Shown here in pieces: positions 38,136-49,778 of a DNA stretch of 64,000 nt (positions are counted from its first letter, which is position 1; every line of letters begins with the position of its first letter). Made by a program: the position numbers and the translations under genes. The notes beneath the pieces are model-generated. The model made no database searches and was not told the origin of the DNA. It saw nothing but the letters and a program-made list of their open reading frames with translations. Where the stretch lies: positions 152,954,001 through 153,018,000 of the forward strand of contig NC_042997.1 of assembly GCF_006345805.1 (NCBI RefSeq), given 5' to 3'. The stretch is from Octopus sinensis (Eukaryota).

Positions 38136-38207
38136 GACCGGTGATTGTCGTGCGCTGATGACGGATAAAAATTCAGAAACCCGTGTCCGTGCGTATCACG
38201 TCAGGTC
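38136..38207 (+). ncRNA. Extended type I hammerhead ribozyme candidate
   Basis: CTGATGA 38155-61; stem II GGAT/ATTC with AAAA loop; GAAA 38176-79; GTC triplet 38185-87; stem I of 6 bp + internal loop + 5 bp + 4 bp. Confidence 0.7.
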
Positions 38208-38958
38208 GACGATGGGAAGGATGGGTTCCTTTTGCAAATACCGATAGGGCACAGAAAGTGTGTCAATAGCCAGCTTGAGATGTTCTCATGGGGCTACAAG
38301 CTACAGCAAAACCCACCCTTAGTGGTTAGCCACATTTAGATGGCAATAAAACTTCACATTGTCGTGCAGTTACTGTTTATACCTCATTCAGAGATTTATT
38401 ATCGATATGTTAATTATTTGATATGAAGTGATATGCAAAAGAAAACAATGGCTACGAATATAAAGGCATCAAATTTTGGCACAAGTAATTTGGAATGTGT
38501 GGCTTAGTCGATTACATCGACGCAGCTGCTCAGCGTCATCAATTATAAAGGACAATATTATAACACCGATGCGGCTGATGCAATGCCTGAAGAATTATAG
38601 GCCAAATATATGAAGGAATAAGAGAAACATTAATTGCAAAAGATTAGAAATTTTCTCTGAATGGTTGTCACAACGAGCACTCCAGTAAAAGTACTGAAAG
38701 ACCAGATGGTACAGGTAAATGGGATGGTGTGTTAGGTGTACTACTCGAAGTTATATCTAACAACCTCAGCTAAAGGCAAACAGTTTGCAGTAATTTAAAA
38801 TATGTGTTGAACGTATTTAAACTGAATAACAATTCGATTTTAAGTGGAATGTATTGTTAAGCCAAAATTTGATAGACACAAATACTTCACACATACACAC
38901 ATACACACACATACACACACGCATACGCATACATAAATATATACAAACACACACATGT

Positions 38959-39117
38959 GAGCTACTAATATTTCCATACATCGAACATTATTTAGGCAGT
39001 TTTTAAATCACGCCAATTGTCTTCAAGTAATCTTCAGTATGAAGATTACTTGAAGACACGAGGTGTGATTTAAAAACTGCCTAAATAATCTTCAATTTAT
39101 TGAAATATTAGTAGCTC
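38959..39117. repeat. 159-bp imperfect hairpin (fold-back)
   Basis: Arms pair around the GTA loop at 39037-39039, with two internal mismatch regions. Confidence 0.9.
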
Positions 39118-39230
39118 CCACCTATAAACTGTAGTTTTTAATATTTTCTCTCACCAAATGCAATACTTTTTATCTTCATCTTACCTTAACGGAAAAATAA
39201 ACTACACACACACATGTATATATGTATATG

Positions 39231-39279
<49 letters not shown>

Positions 39280-39343
39280 GGTTGATGAATGAATTTATCT
39301 TATTTTTTCCGTGTTAATTGTTAACAAGGGAAACGTTCACTCA

Positions 39344-39430
<87 letters not shown>

Positions 39431-39689
39431 TGTGTGTGGTGTGTGTGTGTGTGGTGTGTGTGTGTGTGAAATTAAAGACGGAAGATGGAATTTATTATTA
39501 ATCACGACAATTGTTTCGACACGTCTACCATCTATCCTTTACGGGTAGGACACTCAACAACTGGTTCAGTAGAATTCGGCGATGTAAATCATTTACCATA
39601 TACATAATGGTCACTGCGAAAGTGACCGTGCTTTACCAGTAAGCTACCACGTGAAAACCATTCATTTTATTATCCAATAATATATTTAT

Positions 39690-39776
<87 letters not shown>

Positions 39777-39808
39777 ATATTTATATATATATATATATTA
39801 TATATATT

Positions 39809-39839
<31 letters not shown>

Positions 39840-39971
39840 ATTTAAATATATATATATATATTTATATATTTATATATTTATATATATATATTTATATATA
39901 TATATTTATTATATATATTTATATATATATATTTATATATATATATATATAATTTATATATATATATTTAT

Positions 39972-40259
39972 ACCGGAGTAAACACATAAATGTGAAACAA
40001 GGTGGAAAAAAGAGTACTCAAATACCAGTGGTAGAGTAATATGCTTTATTTTAAGCAGCAGAAAATTCAACAAAATCTGTTACTCTGAGTTTCTCGTTGC
40101 CGTACATCAGACAGTTTTTGCTAGAATGGAACCGATATATCAATTCAATCTAGATTGAATTGATATATCGGATCCATTCTAGCAAAAACTGTCTGATGTA
40201 CGGCAACGAGAAACTCAGAGTAACAGATTTTGTTGAATTTTCTGCTGCTTAAAATAAAG
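39972..40259. mobile_element. Probable PLE terminus folded back as a spacer-less 216-bp palindrome with an extra 72-bp tail
   Basis: 40044-40259 is symmetric about 40151/40152 with one mismatch, lies in (TA)n, and each arm holds a hammerhead-like motif. Confidence 0.8.
40185..40231 (+). ncRNA. Hammerhead-like motif with CUGAUGU core (mirror copy at 40072-40118, minus strand)
   Basis: AAAACTGT CTGATGT A CG-GCAA-CG A GAAA CTCAGAGT A ACAGATTTT. Stems I and III pair well, and the stem II loop is a GNRA. Confidence 0.5.
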
Positions 40260-40315
40260 TATATATATTTATATATATATATTTATATATTTATATATAT
40301 ATTTATATATATATT

Positions 40316-40387
<72 letters not shown>

Positions 40388-40402
40388 TTATATATATATA
40401 TT

Positions 40403-40433
<31 letters not shown>

Positions 40434-40434
40434 A

Positions 40435-40750
40435 GTTCCTGGATCTTAAGAACTTTCCAGTCCAGAGAACAAGGTGTCATCATACCACTTTTCTCCTCCT
40501 TTGTACGGTCACACCTCGAATATTGCTGCCCACTGTGGTCTCCTCATACAAGACAAAACATCTCCAGGATTGAGTCACCCCAGAGGGCACTCACTAAACA
40601 TGGCTGCTCTCGATTATTGGGATTGCCTTAAAGCCTTGAAACTTTACTCTCTCCAGCGTCGCCGTGAGCGGTACATCATTTGTACGATGTGGAGAATATA
40701 CCGCCAACTTTGCCCAAACGACCTTAACATTAGCTTCAAGGTTCATCTCT
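40435..40750 (+). mobile_element. Internal fragment of the CR1-group LINE
   Basis: [48 protein letters not shown], homologous to about 6755-7080. Confidence 0.9.
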
Positions 40751-40754
40751 AGGT

Positions 40755-41137
40755 ACAAGACCCGAAATTTTGGTGGGAGGCGACAAGTCGATTAGATCGA
40801 TCCCAGTACACATCTTGTACTTAATTTATTGACCCCGAAAGGATGATAGGCAAAGGCGACCTCTGCGGAATTTGAACTTAGAACGTAGCGACTGTCGAAA
40901 TCCCTATTTCTTTACTACCCACAAGGAGCTAAACACAGAGAGAACAAACAAGGACAGACAAACGGATTAAGTTGATAATATCGACCCCAGTGCGAAACTG
41001 GTACTTATTTAATCAAACCCGAAAGGATGAGAGGCAAAGTCGACCTCGGCGGAATTTGAGCTCAGAACATATTGACAGGTGAAATACCGCTAAGCATTCC
41101 GTTCAGCGTACTAATGAATCTGCCAGCTCACTGCCTT
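40755..41137 (-). mobile_element. Deu/Nin-domain SINE dimer
   Basis: Two units joined at CGAAATCCCTATTTCTTTACTACCC (about 40896-40920). Confidence 0.85.
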
Positions 41138-42723
41138 CTATTTATAGGATATTAAAAGCATCACTGCATTACTAAATTGAACCCAACTTTATGATGAATT
41201 AATGAATCATTGGCTAAGATTTTAATGTAAATGATGTTAATTAGAATATCTACAAGAATTTATCATTCATTCATGTAGTTGAAGATAAGTTTGCTCTTAA
41301 TCGATGTGTAAATCGAACATTAGTAGAATAACCTGCTCTAATAGAGCTCATTTAGGATTGAAATATCTATGGAATAAGTATACATAAATATACTAATTGA
41401 AAGATAAGTCAATTAGTAGATGAACATTAAAAACAGCTTAAAAGGAAAATCATCAATTATTATACAAAGACGATTTTGCATTAAAAAAATAACGTTCACT
41501 TTTTCTGTTATAATAAGGAAATAATTAAATGGCTAAAACAAAATTAGTTATTCAGTTAATGATGTCTTTTCTCCGGAGAATAATGATCACTAATTTGATA
41601 TCTAGAGTTGACTTAATTGAATTACTTAAGAATAATTTAACTAGTTTTTCTTCGTGCAAATGATGTTTCTAAACGATTTCACTTCACTATTTTTATAATA
41701 ATTTTTTTGTTATTATCTCTCATACTTTAAATTTATTCAAGGATTCTCTCATCACCAATTTGAAAAGTAGAGTGACGTCTATCGCTCGCAAAGGAGGTCT
41801 ACTTAGACGGACACTTGCACGGAATTGTCTTCCGCAGATGCTCACACAATGAAAATATTATTACTCATTGAAGTAATGTTGTCTAATTATCAAAGTTTTG
41901 ATGTTTCTAATTTGATTTTAATGCTCACAACCTTACATTGTAAGAGTAACTAAATTATTCAGTTCGTATATACTTTGACATATATGAATATAAGGATCTG
42001 TGAAATGTCATGTTGATGCTCATCATGCTATAGTTATGTTGCTGTTGTTCATTTGCTGTCTGGAAGACATGATCATAACCAGAGTTAGAAATTGGAATAC
42101 GTTAGTGAATGACTTTTGCCGTTTTGGTAATTCATTAGTGGAGATCTATAACATCATAAGTAAGAATAAAACTCGTCGAATAATCAATGAACCGAAAGTA
42201 ATATTTTGATGGTTACCAGGAATATTATTCATTAAATTTAATACAGTTTTGCACTCTGGTTAGACTCATGTATTAGATATCAGTAAGTAATATCGATTTT
42301 AATGTCGCACTGCTCTCATTGTTTGAGACCCATGACTTATAAGATGATGGCTTGGCAATATCTTTAGATCTCTGAACTAAATAGCCTGTGACAAATTTTC
42401 CGACAGATTTCCTGACTGTTTACGTGCTGAGTTCACATGCTGGTGAAATTAATTCTGACCTTTATTCTTCCATTATGGATAAAGCACCTGTCAATTAATG
42501 GAATCAATATGATCATCGGTTCCCCTTACTTCAAAATTTGAAATCCTGTGCCTGTGTAAGGAAACAATATACATTAAACTACCCAAAACAAAATTTGAAG
42601 CATTTATATCGTGTAGGTCTAAATTTTAGCATTAGCTTCAATGTATTGTTTACTTACCGTGAATTGTATATACAATAACTATAAGTACTTGAAAATTACA
42701 CCTCTCTTATATCTATTTCTTTA

Positions 42724-42940
42724 TTACCCACAAGGGGCTAAACATAGAGGGGACAAACAAGGACATACATAGGTATTAAGTTGATTATATCAACCCCAGT
42801 GCGTAACTAGTACTTAATTTATCGACCCCGAAAGGATGAAAGGCAAAGTCGACCTCGGCGGAATTTGAACTCACAACGTAACGGCAGGCGAAATACGGCT
42901 ACACATTTCGCCCGGCGTGCTAACGTTTCTGCCAGCTCAC
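42724..42940 (-). mobile_element. Deu/Nin-domain SINE, full length
   Basis: Complete unit match. Confidence 0.88.
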
Positions 42941-44519
42941 CTCTCTTATATCATACGCCTCCGCACCACGGAATTTTAAAACATTAGCGCACACATTGTA
43001 GTGTAGTTCTTAATACATTATATCTGATTAAAAATTATGGGATTGCATAGCTGAAATGTCTTTGATCATAGTTTTGCTCGGTTGGGTCTTACTTTACGTT
43101 AAACAGCAATTCCAACGACAATTTGATGTTAATGCTGTATTTATATCTATGCACTATATAAACATTCACGCTCTCTCTGAATCTTCTTGGAACTAGCAGC
43201 CAAATTCCTTTCAAACAATACCCACCTTGCCATCTTAGGAAAAGAAGCGGAAGGAAGGAAACACGAGATAATGCAGTCATGGATACATTTCTGAAAATAA
43301 GACGGAATTGTCATGGCTGGAAAGCTTTTGATCATAAGTCTGCTTGATCAAACAACAACAACGTTCTTATGTTTTTATTTTCTGCTTCGGGAACTTAAGG
43401 TGTAAATATTTGAACTGCATCCACAAACGTAAATATCCTCGTAAAGATCCAATAGATAGTTACACTCTTTCGCAGCGAGTAACTTGCATCCGTTCTTGAA
43501 GAAATAGATGGGGTTGTAGTGTTAAACCAACAGCCCAGCTGCGTTTATTTGTGCGAATGTGTATGTGTGTGTGTGTATTTTTGTATCAGTGAATGTGTGT
43601 GTGTATGTGTATTTGTATATCAGTGAATGTGTGTGTTTGTATGTGTAACAGTGAGTGTGTGCATGTATGTATTTTGTCAGTGTGTGTGTGTGTGTATTTG
43701 TCTGTCAGTGAGGTGTGTGTTCGTGTATCAGTGGATGTGTGTATATTTGCGTATCAGTGAGTCAGTGTGTATTTGTGTCTGTATCTGTGTATGTGGCGCA
43801 CGCGTTTGTATATGTGAGAGTCTATGTGTGTGCGTATGTATGTGTGAGTGTCTGTCTGTGTGAACCAATCATCATGTATTATACGCTAACTTCAGCAAAT
43901 ATTGAATCACATCATCTATGTATGTATATCTATCTATTTATCGATCGATCGATGTATGTCTATTTATCTAGCGATCTACCACTATATCTTGATCGCAGCC
44001 TCTGTTTCTTCTCATTTGTTCATTTCTTTCCCTGTCTCTCACACACACACACACATACCCGCGAACACACACACACACACACACACTCAGTTTCTCTCTC
44101 CCTCTTCCACTATTTCACTCCATACATACATGGACATACGCACACACAAACAGGCAATCACAATCGCATACACACACACAAACAGGCAATCACAATCGCA
44201 TACACACACACAAACACAATCACAAACACACGTGTACAATGTGTAGCAAGAAAGAGGGATAGAAAGAGGCGTAAAATACATGATTGTATTTTCAGAGTCG
44301 ATGAAGGAAAATTGCTTGCTCAGACATTTTGCGTTCTCAATTCAAATCCTGCCACGCTCAATTTTAGCTTTTAACATCACGCGGCCGATAAAGTAAAGTA
44401 CCAGTCAACAACGGAAGTTGCTTCTTTTGCTTTATTACCCCTGTTCCCAGCGGAAATATGTAGGTACCGAGGCAGAGTATGGCACATAATGATGAAATGT
44501 AGAGATCGGGGATATATGT

Positions 44520-44601
<82 letters not shown>

Positions 44602-44696
44602 CAAGAGAAGCAACAATAATATCCAGAGGTAATGCAGTACGATCGTTTCATGCGACTCCATTTAATTGAACGATGTAATCGTTACATCAATTTTAA

Positions 44697-44726
<30 letters not shown>

Positions 44727-44730
<4 letters not shown>

Positions 44731-45191
44731 AATATTAGGGAATAAATCCAAATTTACAGGGAAAGAATCAGATTTAGGATTAAATCCAATTTTATAGTAA
44801 AATATTATATAATATTATTAGAGACAAAACCACTATTTTGCAAAACAAACAAGGAAAGACTTAATCAATACATAAAATTTTAATAAAATTTCACGAAACC
44901 AATTGGCAAGAATCTACTGAAATGGGTGTATAATACTGTATAGTATAAAGATTTATACACATACGTGCAGGCACACACATACACACACATATACACACAC
45001 ATACACATACATATGCATACATTCACATATACATATATGCGAATAGATATATATGTGTGTATGCATGCATGCGTATGCATGTATAAGAAAAAAAGAGAAA
45101 GGGCGTGTATGCATGCATAAATATATACATGAATACATACCCACATATACCTTTCCTTGTTTGTTTTGCAAAATAGTGGTTTTGTCTCTAA

Positions 45192-45200
<9 letters not shown>
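44727..45200. mobile_element. Fold-back repeat (family of 10361-10606) enclosing an inverted copy of flanking DNA
   Basis: Long arm 44727-44888 and short arm 45151-45200. The insert 44889-45152 is the reverse complement of 45482-45745. Confidence 0.85.
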
Positions 45201-45246
<46 letters not shown>

Positions 45247-45292
45247 ATATATATATATACATGTATGTATATATATATATATAACATGTATG

Positions 45293-45325
<33 letters not shown>

Positions 45326-46161
45326 ATATGAATGAATATATATATATGTGTGTGTGTGTATGTATGTATGTATGTATATGTATGTGTATAGACACAGATT
45401 GGCAGGTAGATAAATAAATAGGTTATTATTTATACATATATACACGAATATGTGTGTGAGGGTGCGTGTGCGTAACAAAACAGGTATATGTGGGTATGTA
45501 TTCATGTATATATTTATGCATGCATACACGCCCTTTCTCTTTTTTTCTTATACATGCATACGCATGCATGCATACACACATATATATCTATTCGCATATA
45601 TGTATATGTGAATGTATGCATATGTATGTGTATGTGTGTGTATATGTGTGTGTATGTGTGTGCCTGCACGTATGTGTATAAATCTTTATACTATACAGTA
45701 TTATACACCCATTTCAGTAGATTCTTGCCAATTGGTTTCGTGAAACAGCTTAGTAAAATCGGTCGAAAATGTTCTATAAACCTGTATAGTATAAATATTA
45801 ATATCTCCGTTCTCGTGACAAACATACGATAGCCTGTTTTTATGTATTCCGAGACGACTGTACATACATACATACATACATACATACATACATACATACA
45901 TACATACATACATACATACATACATACATGTGTGTGTATGTGTGCGTGACTACAAACGAAACTGCATGTGGACTATTTTTTCTACCGTCTTCCCTTTCTC
46001 TTGGACTTTCCTCTGTCCTCTCTTTCTACAGAAGAGCTTTGCTGGAAAAGTAAAACACCATTTCTTTCCTTCCCTGAGCGTCTTTTAATACTTTGCATGT
46101 ACCACGTTCCCGCGGTGTTGCTTTTTCTTGTGTTTTTTTCTCTTTATTGGATTAATTATAT

Positions 46162-46216
<55 letters not shown>

Positions 46217-46243
46217 TATATATATATAAACATACACACATAC

Positions 46244-46456
46244 ACGAAAGGGTGCTGAAAAGTTTCTGGCTTTCGGTGGAAGAAAATTCAGGAGGGTCAC
46301 ATGGGTTTATTGAACATATTTCTCTCTCACACTCACACACTTATTGCAGCGGTCTTTCAGTTTTTCTCAGTCCTGTAAAAGAACTCGTAATGTTGTGCCT
46401 CCTGCCAGGCTTTTCGCGATACCCTTAAAGCCAGGAACTTTTCAGGAACTCCTCGT
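46244..46456. mobile_element. Mariner-derived MITE
   Basis: TIRs ACGAAAGGGTGCTGAAAAGTTTCTGGCTTT and AAAGCCAGGAACTTTTCAGGAACTCCTCGT. Confidence 0.8.
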
Positions 46457-46487
46457 TCATATAAATATCAAATCTACTTACAAGGCT

Positions 46488-46610
46488 TTGGTCGACCCGA
46501 GGTTTTAGAAGAAGACGTACAAGACACTTGACCAAGATGCAACGTAGTGTGACTGAACCCGGGACCATGTGACTTGAAATCAAGCTTCTAACAATACAGC
46601 CATGCCTATG
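46488..46610 (-). mobile_element. CORE-like SINE head, diverged
   Basis: GACACTTGACCAAGATGC..GACTGAACCCGGGACCATGTG. Confidence 0.7.
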
Positions 46611-47865
46611 CCTCTGTGGGTTTGTGTGTGTGTGTGTGTGAAAACCCCATGAAAACGAATCTTATATTTTAAGATAACACTCGATTCGACAATCTCCATT
46701 AGTAAATGAACAGTTGATAATTTTAAACATACTTCAAAATAATAGCTGTAGCTCGATATACACGATACAAATATCAAACGTGTCCTTCCAATCTTTAAGC
46801 GGATATGCTTTAAACTTAAGTTAATTTAGCTGGCATTTCTAGCAGGATGAAGGGTGGCTGAAATGGTTTCCTGTTGTGCTATTACACATATGTAGTCAAA
46901 GTGTGAATGAATTATCGGGGCGGGTTTAAGATTGTTATCAGATAACGATAAATTAGTAATAAATTCAATGCTGCATTCCTTAGAAAAGTGATTCAAAGAT
47001 TACCTAATTTGTTTAATGAAACATTACCTTTCAGTTATCAATGTCGAATAATATGCTTAATTCTATATTTCCTGTATTTATTTAACTTAATCATTATAAA
47101 ATGATTAAATTACAGGTTAATTTAATTAATATAGTGGATGTCTTATTTCAATTTCTTGTAGTTCGTTGTGATGATTGCTGAACATGTGAAATATATAATG
47201 ACAATCAAGTTTCTGGTGCGCAAAATCTTTAGCATTCCAAAAATAATCAAGGAACTAAATCAGACGTATTACAAAAGAACATTTATCTTTTGAAACAATC
47301 TACGGTTCCAGTGCCAAGTCCACACAGGACGATGCACTAATTTCAATTGTAGAAATATTTAGGCCGACTCCAGGAAATCGCTACTATGAAGTAAAATTGT
47401 TTTCGAGTAAAGGTCTATGGTAAGATAGAACAACCAATTACGTCAGAGGAGCTAAAACAAAAAAAGTTAAGTGTCAGTGAGAGGAAAGTGAAGGCGCGCT
47501 AAAATTACTTTCAATGCGTGTATCTCTCTTTAAATAGACGAGCTGTGCCAAATCTTCTTGTAATCCGATCAGACAAGTAGTTAACATTTGAGCATTGGGA
47601 ACAGGATTTCGGGAACTGAACAACAAAAGACACTGTTTAATTATTATATTATATCATATTATATTATATGCATTATTTCATTTCAGTCAGTAGACTGCAG
47701 CTATGCTGGGACATCGCCATAAATAATTTTAGTCGAAGGAATCGACTCCAATACTTTATTTTATACGTATGGAAATTTTTCTGTCCGTATCTTTTAACGA
47801 ACTGCAAGGCTGAGGGTTGTCAAGCAGTAGTGGGAAACAAATACAGCCACACACACACGCACACA

Positions 47866-47937
<72 letters not shown>

Positions 47938-49550
47938 CATAACACAAATGGGCTATCTTTCACTACATCTGTTTCAGACGTGTTCTTTGTTGATGATGAA
48001 ATCAATTACATCATATAGATTAACCGTTTTCTTCAGGTGAATTACGAATAAAATTTAACATTTTGGATTTTTCACACGAATAGTATAAAATGTGTATTGA
48101 CCCTCTCATGTCGATTCTAGCTGAGAAATTGTACAGGTGCGCTTATCCCTGATTCAATTTAGCAGAAAATTTAACGGAATAATTTAGTCTTTTTTCCGTG
48201 AAGCTGGTATCTCAAGACCAGATTTTACGAAGTATTGTCTACCGCCAATACCATTATTATTTAAGATATATCGAACACAAAACTTGGACAATGTGTTTCA
48301 GAATTAATGAATAACCAATCATAACCAATAAATATCATTCATAGAAGTACTATATCAATCTTATATTATAGACTTCAGCAGACAGAAGGTAATGAACCGG
48401 TGAATGATATTTCTAAAACATTTCTTCGGATACATTATTCAGAACAGAATTATATTTAGTTCCGTCTTTAATAAACTATGTTCTTTATTACTGCGATATG
48501 TTCTTGATGCAGTTTTCATTGACCATCCCCAATCTTCATCTCAATAAAATGAGAATAAATTGTCTGATCACAATTGATAATAGGTCTATTGGCTAGTTAC
48601 TTTACCGTTGGGATTTAAAAAGAAATTATGTGTCAAGTGAGGTAAAATAATTTTCATGAATTCACAGCCCCGGTAATATGTGATAAAGTTATGGTTTATA
48701 GCATATTTCAGTCATTTGTAAGACTGATAAATATAACGAATCAAGAACTACGGTACAATATATTTCATTACACCTTCAGAAAAAAAATATTTCTTTCAAA
48801 GCCTGACATTGCTCGGAGACTTTCATTTTTGCAACAATGGCTTCGAGACATTCTCGTATTTTTAAGAAATATCATATAACAGTTATGGTGTCAGTTAATC
48901 AAAGAAACTCATTACTTTCAAAAGAGACATATTGCATATTTCGCGTGTTTAGCAAATAAGACATCAACTTCCCTCTTTTTAAGCGATGATGATAAAAACC
49001 AGTAATGTAATTACTGCTGTAACAAACAGAAATAAATTGCATTTCATTTGAATGGCTGCAAGATTGTGTATATTTAAATACAGAAAATTGATAGAATTTT
49101 TACAACTGTTACACTGTTTTTTTTTTTCGTTTTTCGGATTTTTAATTCTGTTTTTTATTTTGGCAACCTTTCGTATACTTGTAAGAATTCTTATTTAAAA
49201 TGAATATTATATTTTATTTTAAAATTAATTTAGCTGAAGGGTGACTAAAGTAATATTATCGATTTTTTTTTATTTATTTTATTAACCTAGTAGCTATGTA
49301 AAGCAGGTGAACGCCGAACTCATCCGAAGCTGATATATTACTGCTACTTATTTTATTAACCTCAAATCTAATGAATGTAAATTAGATCTTGCAAATTTGA
49401 AATCAGAATAGTGAATTACCGAAAGTTACATCGCAAAGGAGCTTCAATGTGGGAACCTGACCTGATAGAGATAACAGTCAATTATTTCACATACCACAAC
49501 GGCTAAAGAAATGAAGAACAGATTGCATATATGTGGTCCTTGCATATATG

Positions 49551-49778
49551 CGGCGAGCTAGCAGACACGTTAGCGCGCCGGGCGAAATGTTTAGCGGTAT
49601 TTCGTCTGTCGTTACGTTCTGAGTTCAAATTCCGCCGAGGTCGACTTTTCCTTTCATCCACTCGGGGTCGATAAATAAAGTACCAGTTTCGCACTGGGGT
49701 CGATGTAATTGACTTAGTCCCTTTGTCTGTATTTGTTTATCCCCTCTATGTTTAGCCCCTTGTGGGTAGTAAAGAAAT
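49551..49778 (+). mobile_element. Deu/Nin-domain SINE, full length
   Basis: GCGGCGAGCTAGCAGACACGTTAGC...GGGTAGTAAAGAAATA. Confidence 0.9.
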
